From positions 42,619 to 106,618 of the IMG/VR virus record IMGVR_UViG_3300037400_006004: a stretch of DNA of 64,000 nt; one strand, 5' to 3'. This DNA comes from a virus (taxonomy: Duplodnaviria; Caudoviricetes). The position numbers and the translations under genes are program-made. The notes beneath the pieces are model-generated. The model did not search any database. It was not told the origin of the DNA and worked only from the letters and a program-made list of their open reading frames with translations. Positions 19,913 through 29,300 of the stretch are shown piece by piece. Position 1 is the first letter of the stretch, and the number at the start of each line of letters is the position of its first letter.

Positions 19913-20593
19913 ATGATTAGTAGAGAAGAATATTTAAAACGAGTTAAAGAATCTCCTAGATATCAAAGAACACTTAATAAACTTGAAAGAAAAAAAATAT
20001 TAGCAGATGCTAATAAAAAATATGATAGACGAATTGCTAGGATACAAAGAGAAGCTGAATTTGAAAAAGAATTAGAAAAAATGAATGAAGCTTTTATGGA
20101 AGGTTATTTAGATGGTTTAAGTAAATCCCAAGAACTCGATGAAGATCTTTTAGCTAGTATTGGTAGAAGATATGGAAAAGCTGGAGCTGTTGCAGATAAA
20201 GCTGTAGACTCGGTAAAATCTAAATTACCAAAAATCAAAAAATTGGAGATACTCAAACAACGCCAAAAGAAAAAGCCAAAAATTATAGATAGAGTTGTTG
20301 ATAAAGCGGCTAAACCATTAACTAATTATCATACTAAAAAAGCAGTTAATTCATATACTAAACGTCATGGTCATGCTCCAGATGATAAAGTTGTTGAAAG
20401 ATTCAAAAAAGGACAAGTTGCTCCTGCTACTAGAGCTGGTTTAAAAGGATTTGCAAAAGTAGATGCTGCTGCTTCATTAATTCCTGGTCCAACTTCCGCT
20501 TTAGGTCATGCTCCCATAATTGGTTTAGGAGTTGCTGATGAAATTAAAAAGAATAGACAAATGAAAAAAGCTAGACAAAATTTAAAAAAATAA
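19913..20593 (+). CDS. modular basic protein with FMEGY motif (putative internal head protein)
   Basis: AFMEGYLDGLSKSQELDE followed by a Lys-rich region and a hydrophobic Gly/Ala segment. Confidence 0.6.
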   Translation: MISREEYLKRVKESPRYQRTLNKLERKKILADANKKYDRRIARIQREAEFEKELEKMNEAFMEGYLDGLSKSQELDEDLLASIGRRYGKAGAVADKAVDSVKSKLPKIKKLEILKQRQKKKPKIIDRVVDKAAKPLTNYHTKKAVNSYTKRHGHAPDDKVVERFKKGQVAPATRAGLKGFAKVDAAASLIPGPTSALGHAPIIGLGVADEIKKNRQMKKARQNLKK

Positions 20594-20634
20594 ATAAAAT
20601 CCCTATAGAGTTGAACTCTATAGGGATTTTATTT
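20592..20634. terminator. bidirectional hairpin terminator
   Basis: About 21-bp perfect inverted repeat around CCCTATAGAGTT-G-AACTCTATAGGG between convergent genes. Confidence 0.85.
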
Positions 20635-20643
20635 TATTAATTA

Positions 20644-21297
20644 TCAATAATCATCAATCATTTGAGCACTATGTCTAAAATCATCAGAACGTTGTCCAGC
20701 TGTAGCAGAAATAGCACCTGCAATACTAGATAAACCACCTGTAATGGGAGCAGCTAAAATACCAACTGTAGCTTTAGTTCCCATATTCCTCTTACGTAGT
20801 CTATAGAATTTTGTAGCTTCTTTAACAAATGTATCTTTTTTAACTGGTTTTAAAGCACTTGATTTACAATATTTTACATATTTATTATATAGCTTTTCAA
20901 TTTTTGATTTATCTTTTAATTTGGAAGAAGCAACACCATAAGAAATTAATCCGGCAGATAACCAGTCTCCAGCAGTTGTATGATGCGCTAAATAATCTTG
21001 AGTTGAAGATCCTTCATTTAATTCTTGAATGGCATCATCATAACCTTCTAAAAAAGCTTCTTCTTTCATACCTAAAACTTTTTTACCAAATTCATAAGGA
21101 TTTTCTTTTCCTCGTTCAATCTTCTTTTGATTTGCTTTAGACATTTTATCAATTTTTCTTTTATCTCTAATTTCACGAAATTTTTCTTTTTCAAGCATCA
21201 TATCTGTGTCAAAATCAAACGTAGGTTTGTATTTCATTTTTTTTATTTCTAATAATGCATTCATATAACCTTCCATAAAAATTTCTTCATAAGTCAT
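20644..21297 (-). CDS. modular protein with two F(M/L)EGY motifs (putative internal head polyprotein)
   Basis: IFMEGYMNALLE and AFLEGYDDAIQELNE; YNKY...PV...F module; Gly/Ala-rich C-terminus; late motif at 21325-21338. Confidence 0.6.
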   Translation of the reverse strand: MTYEEIFMEGYMNALLEIKKMKYKPTFDFDTDMMLEKEKFREIRDKRKIDKMSKANQKKIERGKENPYEFGKKVLGMKEEAFLEGYDDAIQELNEGSSTQDYLAHHTTAGDWLSAGLISYGVASSKLKDKSKIEKLYNKYVKYCKSSALKPVKKDTFVKEATKFYRLRKRNMGTKATVGILAAPITGGLSSIAGAISATAGQRSDDFRHSAQMIDDY

Positions 21298-21344
21298 TTT
21301 ACTAACCTTCTTTCTATATAAATTTATAATAATAAGTTATTTAA

Positions 21345-22511
21345 TTATCTTTCATTATAAGCTTTATTAATTAATAATACAAAATAAATATAGCATGCTT
21401 TTCTATAAATAACTTTAGTAGCATCTCTTTCAGTATTAGCATATCTATTACAGTATTTAGTTAAAAATTTATCTAAAGTATTTTTGATATTAAGACTAAT
21501 ATCATTTTTACTATTAGATTTACTATAAGCACTTATCATATAAGTAACGAATTTTTGAGAGCCAAACTCATTTGAATTATTATTATCATTATAAATATAT
21601 AATTGAACCATTGATAATAATAAAATTCTAATAGATTCTAATTCATTATCTTTAATATTTTCAAGAGCTAATTTCATTACACTTTGTTCAGCTTTACAAA
21701 TACCACAAGCAGTTCTAAGAATAACTGGATCAATTCTAGTAGTATTAAATTTATTATAAGCTTTATTAACGATATTAACTAAATCAGCTGACATATTAGA
21801 AGTTTCGTAATAATTTTCTTCATCATTAGAATCTTGCTGAAGTTTAAGATATTTTTTATTATTAAAATCAGTCATATATTCATTAACAAATGATTTCATT
21901 TGGTTATTAAGTCTTGTACGAATAGCAAGAAGATAACTTAAAATATCCATATCATTTTTAGAATCTAAAGATTTCTTTTGTGTTTCATGAGCATTAATAA
22001 CAGTTGCAAATAACGCTTTAAAAACAGATTGATACTTTCTAAAGTAATATTTGTCTGAAACTCTATTAAAAGTAAATTGCATACAATCTTCATTTGGTAA
22101 AAATTTTTGGAAATATTTAGCATGAAGTGCAGCATACTGATATAGAGTAAGATACATTAAAGCTGCTTGTAAACCTACTTTATTATTAGTTAAATGATAA
22201 TAACGAACAAGATTAACCATTAAGAAGTTTAAAGGAAAGTTAACTTGATTGATAACACCATAACATTCTTTAGTCTTTTTAATTTTACCTACAACAGTAT
22301 CAATTTCATCTACAGAAATTTTAAATAAATCAAATGGATATTTTATATCATTTGGTGTAAAAAATAATCTTTTACTTGGTATATTATGAAAAAGTACTTC
22401 AGAATTTTTATCCATATACTTTTGTACATAACTTTCAAATTGCTTTGTAATAGCAGGACTTTCATTTGTCTTTAACATTGGAAAAATTTCATCATGAAAA
22501 AATGTAGACAT
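21345..22511 (-). CDS. hypothetical protein
   Basis: 388 aa helical ORF; SD GAGGTG; late motif at 22535-22548. Confidence 0.75.
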   Translation of the reverse strand: MSTFFHDEIFPMLKTNESPAITKQFESYVQKYMDKNSEVLFHNIPSKRLFFTPNDIKYPFDLFKISVDEIDTVVGKIKKTKECYGVINQVNFPLNFLMVNLVRYYHLTNNKVGLQAALMYLTLYQYAALHAKYFQKFLPNEDCMQFTFNRVSDKYYFRKYQSVFKALFATVINAHETQKKSLDSKNDMDILSYLLAIRTRLNNQMKSFVNEYMTDFNNKKYLKLQQDSNDEENYYETSNMSADLVNIVNKAYNKFNTTRIDPVILRTACGICKAEQSVMKLALENIKDNELESIRILLLSMVQLYIYNDNNNSNEFGSQKFVTYMISAYSKSNSKNDISLNIKNTLDKFLTKYCNRYANTERDATKVIYRKACYIYFVLLINKAYNER

Positions 22512-22590
22512 AATCTCACCTCTTTAATAAATAATATAAAGAATAGTTCTACTAAAAAAAAATGGGAAGGAATTACCCTTCCCATTTAGT

Positions 22591-22917
22591 TTACTCAAAA
22601 CCCCAGAACTTTCTCATCTGAGACTGAGTTTCGCATATTTCCAGTTCTACATCATTTTGACATAAGAACCTTACAATACTTCCCAAGAAGAATAAATCAT
22701 AATCTTCATAGGAAAACTCAGTATAACGAAATTCTTCGTTATACTGAGTTTTATATGTATTACTTGGACCGCCCCATCCACAAGCACTTTTCAAGAATGC
22801 TTTTACAATAGCATTATCACCATTGTAAAAGACTGAATATCCATGACTTGAGCAGTCAAAGCATTTTCCTTCAGGCTGCCGTCCAGCGGTCAGATCTACT
22901 ATGAGTCTTTCTTTCAT
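22591..22917 (-). CDS. hypothetical early protein
   Basis: 108 aa; SD AAGGAGG; ATGA overlap with upstream gene. Confidence 0.75.
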   Translation of the reverse strand: MKERLIVDLTAGRQPEGKCFDCSSHGYSVFYNGDNAIVKAFLKSACGWGGPSNTYKTQYNEEFRYTEFSYEDYDLFFLGSIVRFLCQNDVELEICETQSQMRKFWGFE

Positions 22918-23348
22918 ATAATTTCCTCCTTAATAATTTTATCATGAACTTCAATCTGCTCAATCATTAGACAGAAATAATGATGTATATAACTATAGGT
23001 ATTTCCATTTATAGATGTTCTAGGGCATATATCGACAATAGCTTTTTTATATTTATCATTTTCTCTTAAAGGATAAAATTTAGCTTTTGATAAATCTGTA
23101 ACATCTCTAGTAGTTCCATCTTTATGACATTTAGTTTTAATTTTAGTTAATTTTTTAATTTGTTTTAATAATATATCTTCAGATGAAAAATATAATTCAA
23201 AATGATTTTTTGTTTCATCAAAAATATCAATTGGTGAACAAGGTAAGCTCATCAATGTTTCAAGATTATCACATGAAGGCTTTATTTTATTATTATAAAG
23301 TTCTTCATAATAATACTCCGTTACTTTAAGTTTAAATATAGTAGACAT
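22914..23348 (-). CDS. hypothetical early protein
   Basis: 144 aa; SD GGAGG. Confidence 0.75.
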   Translation of the reverse strand: MSTIFKLKVTEYYYEELYNNKIKPSCDNLETLMSLPCSPIDIFDETKNHFELYFSSEDILLKQIKKLTKIKTKCHKDGTTRDVTDLSKAKFYPLRENDKYKKAIVDICPRTSINGNTYSYIHHYFCLMIEQIEVHDKIIKEEII

Positions 23349-23361
23349 TATTAACCCTCCA

Positions 23362-23832
23362 TTAATCTCTACTTTCTATTACAAAGTATTTAGCTTTATA
23401 ACTTTTTGCAAGCTTTCTTACTTCTGAAGTTTCTTCTTTAGTTTTACAAAAGATACTATAAAGATACACATTATCTTTAGAGGTAGGAACTTTAAGATAA
23501 GGAAGCTCTTTATCATTCATAATCTTATCAAATTCTTTATCATCAAAATTAGATGTAAGTTCAATCTTCCAAAGTTTATCTTTCCTTGACTTAACTTCAA
23601 TAACTTTAACTACATATACACCGATAAGATTACAAATAGCAACGATAGCTGCTTTCTTCCAAATAGGAAGATCACATGTCATATAAATAAGGACTACTGT
23701 ATACAACCCATAAGCCACTGCATTGACTAATGCAGCAGTAATAGGACTACCTTTTAATGTAATAATAGACTTACCAGTCTGAATAATTACATTAAATACA
23801 TTAAGTACTATAAAGATTGTTAATACACTCAT
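23362..23832 (-). CDS. membrane protein, UPF0316/DUF5698-like
   Basis: Three N-terminal TM helices (NVIIQTGKSIITLKG...AALVNAVAYGLY...NLIGVYV) plus a small soluble C-terminal domain; early motif at 23923-23935. Confidence 0.55.
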   Translation of the reverse strand: MSVLTIFIVLNVFNVIIQTGKSIITLKGSPITAALVNAVAYGLYTVVLIYMTCDLPIWKKAAIVAICNLIGVYVVKVIEVKSRKDKLWKIELTSNFDDKEFDKIMNDKELPYLKVPTSKDNVYLYSIFCKTKEETSEVRKLAKSYKAKYFVIESRD

Positions 23833-23979
23833 TTATCTTACCTCCTCAATATTTTTATTATTTTTTTCTACATCACTCATAAATATACCTCCATAATAAA
23901 AATATAGATTTTTACCATTAAAATAATATATACTTAAAAACCTATTATTATATATAATAAAAAGAAAGGAGTAACTTTT

Positions 23980-25968
23980 ATGATTTATGATTATAATACA
24001 AAGAATATAAGTTTCATAAAAATGGCTAAGCAATTAAAAGATAAAGGTGTTAAGAATTGGAATTTTATGTTAACTTTATATGATCCAAAGTTACAAGGAG
24101 TAGATCCTTATGACCCAGATCTTTCTATAGAAATGCAAGCAAGAATACAAAAAGAAGTAATGATTAATTATTGGTACTATATTCGAGAAGTTATTCGTAT
24201 TAATTCTACTGGTGGAGCTGTTTCATATGAACTTCATCTTGGAAATATGGCAATGCATTATATGCAATTAAAAAATATAGATGTTATTTTATGTTTACCC
24301 CGTCAGCACTTTAAAACTTGGAGTTCTGTTGTATGGTATTCATGGATTTATTTATATCAAGCAAAGAATTATACTATTATATTTAGTAATAAACAGTTAC
24401 AAGACTCACAAGAAAACTTAAAGCGTATTATGGATGTTATTGAAGTTTTACCATCATATTTAAAGAGTCATATGAATCCTAAATATGATACCGATAATAT
24501 TAACATGCTTAGAATAGCTGAGAATAATAATACAATTAAAGCATTATCTTCTCCTAAAGATGAAAAGTCTGCCGATAAATTAGGACGTGGTCTTAACATT
24601 CCTATCTTATGGTGTGATGAGTTTGCATTCTTAAACATGAATCAAGTTATGTATATGTCTGCAAGACCTGCATTAACTAAAGCATCTGAAGCAGCTAAAA
24701 ATGCTCATCAGCCTTACGGTATCACTATAACTACTACTCCAAATAACCTTGATGTTCCAGAAGGAAAATTCTGTTATGATATGATTCAAAAAGCAGCTAA
24801 ATTTACTTTTGCTTTTTATGATTGGACTGATGATCAATTATGTGATTATCTAGATAAAAATTCTGGTAATAACTATGTATTCATTGAATATCATCATACT
24901 GATCTTGGTAAAGATGATAAATGGTTAAAAGCTCAAATTAGAGCACTTGAAGGAGATATGGCTAAAGTTAAAAGAGAAATTCTTATTGAATGGACTTATG
25001 CTTCTAATATGTCTATCTTTACAGAAGAGCAGTTAGATGACATGTCTAAATATGTAAAACATGAAAATCTTCAAACTATTTATATAGACAATTATAAAAT
25101 TGATGTATTAGAACCATTTAACAATCTTATGTATAAAAACTGGTGTCTTTCTATAGATATCGGTGGAGGACTTGGTAGAGACTATTCAGCTTTTTCTCTT
25201 ATAGACCCAGTGTCTCTTAAACAAGTTATGAAATTTAAGAATAATAATATCTCAGTATTAGACTTTGCTAATTTAGTAATTAAATTTGTAAAGACTTATG
25301 TACCTAATGCAGTTATTATTCCAGAGCGTAACTTTAACTCTGCTTTTATAGAATACATTCAAAAATCAGATTTTGCTAAAAATCTTTACTATACTTCAAC
25401 TGAAGATAAAGATTATACACAAAAGAAAATTAAAAAGACTTCTATATTTAAAGCAGGAAAAACAACTAGTGTTGAAACTCGTAGATATGGTTTCCAAACA
25501 GATAAAGATACAAGAAAGTATATGACTGAAGAAATATTATTTATGATTGCTAATCAAAGACCAGAATTAATAAATAATGATGAACTTTTTGATGAAATAA
25601 GAAAGCTTATTAGAGAAAAATCGGGTAAGATTAATCATATGAATGGAGAACATGATGACTTAACTATGAGTTACTTAATTGGTTTATATGTATTAACAAA
25701 TACTACTAATAGAAATAAATTCTTTAAGAATATTTCAGATACTCCAATTACTGCAGATAAGCCAAAAGAAATTAATAAGCAAGAACAACAATTTAAGAGA
25801 ATTGCTAAATATAACGATCAAGAGGTTATGAATAATATTATAAATAGTAATTTAGATAGAGAACTACTTGAAATGCAAAGACTTATAGATGAAAAAAATA
25901 GTAAAATTGAAACTGATAGTAAAAAGAGGCATATGAAAAATATATTTAGTATGAATGGAAGTTTATAA
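23980..25968 (+). CDS. terL: terminase large subunit
   Basis: Walker A-like LPRQHFKT, GRG, Walker B LWCDEFAF, coupling motif TTTP, RNase H-like nuclease SIDIGGGLGRDYSAF and HDDL. Confidence 0.9.
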   Translation: MIYDYNTKNISFIKMAKQLKDKGVKNWNFMLTLYDPKLQGVDPYDPDLSIEMQARIQKEVMINYWYYIREVIRINSTGGAVSYELHLGNMAMHYMQLKNIDVILCLPRQHFKTWSSVVWYSWIYLYQAKNYTIIFSNKQLQDSQENLKRIMDVIEVLPSYLKSHMNPKYDTDNINMLRIAENNNTIKALSSPKDEKSADKLGRGLNIPILWCDEFAFLNMNQVMYMSARPALTKASEAAKNAHQPYGITITTTPNNLDVPEGKFCYDMIQKAAKFTFAFYDWTDDQLCDYLDKNSGNNYVFIEYHHTDLGKDDKWLKAQIRALEGDMAKVKREILIEWTYASNMSIFTEEQLDDMSKYVKHENLQTIYIDNYKIDVLEPFNNLMYKNWCLSIDIGGGLGRDYSAFSLIDPVSLKQVMKFKNNNISVLDFANLVIKFVKTYVPNAVIIPERNFNSAFIEYIQKSDFAKNLYYTSTEDKDYTQKKIKKTSIFKAGKTTSVETRRYGFQTDKDTRKYMTEEILFMIANQRPELINNDELFDEIRKLIREKSGKINHMNGEHDDLTMSYLIGLYVLTNTTNRNKFFKNISDTPITADKPKEINKQEQQFKRIAKYNDQEVMNNIINSNLDRELLEMQRLIDEKNSKIETDSKKRHMKNIFSMNGSL

Positions 25969-26007
25969 AATAACAATTATTAAATTATATGGAAAGGTGG
26001 TTTTATA

Positions 26008-26901
26008 ATGTCATATTTAAAAAATTTTTTAGAAGGTTATATGGATGGTATTAGTGAATTAGATGAATCAGTTCATACAAAAGTTGCAAAAAAGACTAAA
26101 AAATATATAATTCAACAAGTTGAAGATGATGATAGCCATTTATCAAAAGGCGGAGATATACAAACATATGATATTGGAGATAAAATAAAAGATAGTGACC
26201 ATACTTGGAGAGGAACTACTCATCCGATTAGTGTTGAACATGATGCTAAAGATAAAAAAAGATATACTACTACGTATCAAGTTCCAGATAAATTAAAAGA
26301 ATCACACATAAATATAGGAAAACGAGATTTAAAAAGTAAAGGTATAGCTCAAGCAACAGTAGGACACGAAGTAGGACATGGTAGATTTGCTTCTAAGTTT
26401 GCAAAATCAGTATCTTCTGGAAGTGCAGATCCCATATTAGCAAGTGTAGCAGCCAAAAGAGAATATGAACGACAAAAAAATGGAAAAGTTCATAATCATG
26501 CAAATACTATTGAAGTACAGAGATCTTCTAACTTCAGTGAATATTATGCAGATCAAAATGCAAGAGAAGCTTTAAGACGAGCTGATCCAAAACATTCAGA
26601 TATTAAAATGAGAAGATATTTTAAACATGTTAGCAAATTAGATAAATCTGAAAGAAAATTACCAAATGCAAAAGCAATAAAAGCAAGTAGAGCTTTAGAT
26701 TCAGTAGATAGAAAACAAGCTATGAGAGAAGTTGCTAAATTACGTGCAGAAGCAGTAATGAAAAAGAAAGATCCTAGACAAATGATCAAATACAAACAAG
26801 GAATGGCTGGCGGTAAAAAAGCTTATGAAAAAGAAGTTAAAAAACGTAAATTACAAAAGAAATTAAGAGAAGAGTTATTAAATTATTATTTAGAAAATTA
26901 A
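26008..26901 (+). CDS. zincin-motif protein with FLEGY leader (putative packaged metalloprotease)
   Basis: VGHEVGH (HExxH) plus downstream SEYYADQNA, as in M48/M56-like gluzincins; N-terminal NFLEGYMDGISELDE. Confidence 0.6.
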   Translation: MSYLKNFLEGYMDGISELDESVHTKVAKKTKKYIIQQVEDDDSHLSKGGDIQTYDIGDKIKDSDHTWRGTTHPISVEHDAKDKKRYTTTYQVPDKLKESHINIGKRDLKSKGIAQATVGHEVGHGRFASKFAKSVSSGSADPILASVAAKREYERQKNGKVHNHANTIEVQRSSNFSEYYADQNAREALRRADPKHSDIKMRRYFKHVSKLDKSERKLPNAKAIKASRALDSVDRKQAMREVAKLRAEAVMKKKDPRQMIKYKQGMAGGKKAYEKEVKKRKLQKKLREELLNYYLEN

Positions 26902-26911
26902 TTTTATTAAA

Positions 26912-26945
26912 AAAAGACTATAGGGAATATTCCCTATAGTCTTTT
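26912..26945. terminator. bidirectional hairpin terminator
   Basis: Perfect palindrome AAAAGACTATAGGGAATATTCCCTATAGTCTTTT between convergent genes. Confidence 0.85.
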
Positions 26946-27160
26946 TAAAAATCAGCAAAATATTTTAAATAAGGGTAATAAAAACTTTCCTTATTTATTG
27001 TTTTTAATATTTCTTTTTGTTTATTTATTCTTATTTCAGTTACTCCACATCTTTCATTAATAGTATAAAATAATTTTCCATTAATTATTTCATCAGCTTC
27101 TTTTAAAAGTTTTTCATCTTTTTTATTATTTTTATAGCATTTTAATAATTCATAAAACAT
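26945..27160 (-). CDS. hypothetical early protein
   Basis: 71 aa; SD AAGGAGGTG; early motif at 27197-27209. Confidence 0.7.
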   Translation of the reverse strand: MFYELLKCYKNNKKDEKLLKEADEIINGKLFYTINERCGVTEIRINKQKEILKTINKESFYYPYLKYFADF

Positions 27161-27244
27161 AAACTTACACCTCCTTATTATTTATATTTCATATAAATAA
27201 TATATATTTAACCCTTAAGGATTAAATCCTTAAGGGTTTTTTTA

Positions 27245-27754
27245 TTAATATTTAGAAGTTCTTTTTACATTTATACTATTTCCAACTTTAACTTCATGAC
27301 TTATTTCTTTTGGTCCATTTTCTAAGTTATTTTTCTTTCTAACTTTTTTATCAGCTGCATCTATTACAGTAGTACCAGCTTTAACTGCTGTAATACCAGC
27401 GAGTGTAATACCAGCTTTACCTAAAGTCTTTTTTAAATCATGTGCAGTTTCTTGTCTTTCACACCATCTTTTAAAAGGTAAAAAATCTTTTCCTTGTTTT
27501 TTACGTTTTTTTACATATTCATCATATTTGAGTTTAAGTGCATCACTATCTAATCTTTTATCCTTTTTAAAAAGACCTTCGCATAATTCAGTATAATATT
27601 GATCTAAATTATCAAAATCTTCATTTAATTCATTATAAACAGCTATTTCATCTAATTCATAAGCTTTTTCCATTAATGTATCAAACCATTCATTAAATAC
27701 AGCTGTTCCACCGTTCATTCTATAATCGACAAAACCTTTTTTAATTTTATTCAT
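27245..27754 (-). CDS. modular protein (acidic LxE leader, YDEY...W module, Gly/Ala helix)
   Basis: ELDE, ELNE and ELCE sites, then KYDEYVKKRKKQGKDFLPFKRW and LGKAGITLAGITAVKAG. Confidence 0.6.
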   Translation of the reverse strand: MNKIKKGFVDYRMNGGTAVFNEWFDTLMEKAYELDEIAVYNELNEDFDNLDQYYTELCEGLFKKDKRLDSDALKLKYDEYVKKRKKQGKDFLPFKRWCERQETAHDLKKTLGKAGITLAGITAVKAGTTVIDAADKKVRKKNNLENGPKEISHEVKVGNSINVKRTSKY

Positions 27755-27768
27755 ATTAATTCACCTCT

Positions 27769-28683
27769 TTATTTTAAATAGTAATATAATTGATTAATAT
27801 ATTTATCAATAGTATTCCATTCTACTAAAAAACTAGTATTACATAATACATTATATTTAGCATTAATTGGAACATCACTAAATATAAATAATCTATCTTC
27901 AATATATAAAAGAGCATCAAAATATTGAAGTATCTTTTTATAATTGTCTTTAATATTTGGCATAGGTTTAATATAAATATCAAAACCTTCTTTACTTCTA
28001 TAATCAAAATTTTCAACAATACTAAATTTCTTTAAAGCATAATTAGCTGAAGCAGGACTATCACTTTGAATTATAATTTTACCAACATAACCTTTTCTAG
28101 GATAACCTTTTTCTTGTGATGTATAATTTAGATTAATAATATTTATAAGATTTCTGTTAAATTTATCAAGATGATATTTTTGTAAATATTCTATGATATC
28201 ATCTCCATCAAATTTAGACTCATTAGCTTTTAAAGAAAATACTACCATTGTATCATGAGGAATGAGATTAGTATTAAGCATATATATTAATATACTATTT
28301 AATATAGCTGGATTCATAAATCCTTTAATACAAAGAGATTCATTTTCTCCACCAGTATTTCCTGTTGTTAAATAAGTTTTTCTTTCTTTAGTAGGAAATT
28401 CATAAGTAATACTTTCACATTCTTCTTTTTGTATAGAGTATTTATTATCAATAGGACAAATAATAATACTTCTTAAAGATTGCATTGAAATATTTTTTGC
28501 TCTTACTGTAATTAACCTATTTTGAATATATTCAAGTGTATATTTATTCAAATCAATATAATCTAAAATATTCTTAAATTTTGGCACATCCATAAAGTAT
28601 TTATCTCGTACACTTGTATACATACAATTTTTATTAAAATCGTTCAAAATAGTGAAGAACTTATCTTTATTAATAGTAAACAT
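27769..28683 (-). CDS. hypothetical protein, possible degenerate M20/M28 peptidase fold
   Basis: Start moved to MFTINK (SD GAGGTG; late motif at 28710-28723); weak pattern similarity only. Confidence 0.45.
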   Translation of the reverse strand: MFTINKDKFFTILNDFNKNCMYTSVRDKYFMDVPKFKNILDYIDLNKYTLEYIQNRLITVRAKNISMQSLRSIIICPIDNKYSIQKEECESITYEFPTKERKTYLTTGNTGGENESLCIKGFMNPAILNSILIYMLNTNLIPHDTMVVFSLKANESKFDGDDIIEYLQKYHLDKFNRNLINIINLNYTSQEKGYPRKGYVGKIIIQSDSPASANYALKKFSIVENFDYRSKEGFDIYIKPMPNIKDNYKKILQYFDALLYIEDRLFIFSDVPINAKYNVLCNTSFLVEWNTIDKYINQLYYYLK

Positions 28684-28747
28684 ATTCTCACCTCTTATCA
28701 AAAAAAAATTATAAATGATTGTTGAGGGATAAAAAAAAATGACGGCC

Positions 28748-29041
28748 TTATTCAAGGCCGTCATAAGTATCAGCCAATTCAATGGCCTTTTCAAATTCTC
28801 CTTCTGCCATATATCTCTGAAAAATAGATCTAACGGCAGGAGTTGCTTGAGGTCTAGTCTGCATTGAAGACAACTGTTCATTAAACATTTCAGCAGCTGT
28901 CTTATGCTGTTCAGCGATTGCCTCAGCAATGTCTTTTTGCTGAGCCTCTAACAGTTCAGCAAAAATTTTTCCAGAACTTTCAGCATAAATTCTTTCCTTG
29001 CTAATATTTACATTAGCAAGATTTTTTGAAATATTAGACAT
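28748..29041 (-). CDS. hypothetical early protein
   Basis: 97 aa; SD AAGGAGG; early motif at 29081-29093. Confidence 0.75.
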   Translation of the reverse strand: MSNISKNLANVNISKERIYAESSGKIFAELLEAQQKDIAEAIAEQHKTAAEMFNEQLSSMQTRPQATPAVRSIFQRYMAEGEFEKAIELADTYDGLE

Positions 29042-29300
29042 ATTTATACCTCCTTTTATTTAATGTCTTATTTCAAAATTATAATATATATTTAATCATA
29101 ATATTTAATACTCTTTTTGTACAAACATTTTTTTATAAAATTATAAAGATATTTATTAAAAATGATTACTAGATGAATTTAAGCTAAATTTTGAAGAAAG
29201 GAAAGATTGTCTAGTTTAGTAATCAAAGATGTCTTGGCTTAGGCATTATATAGTTTATAATCTATATATTTTTATTCAAATGACAATCAAAGTGATTAAT

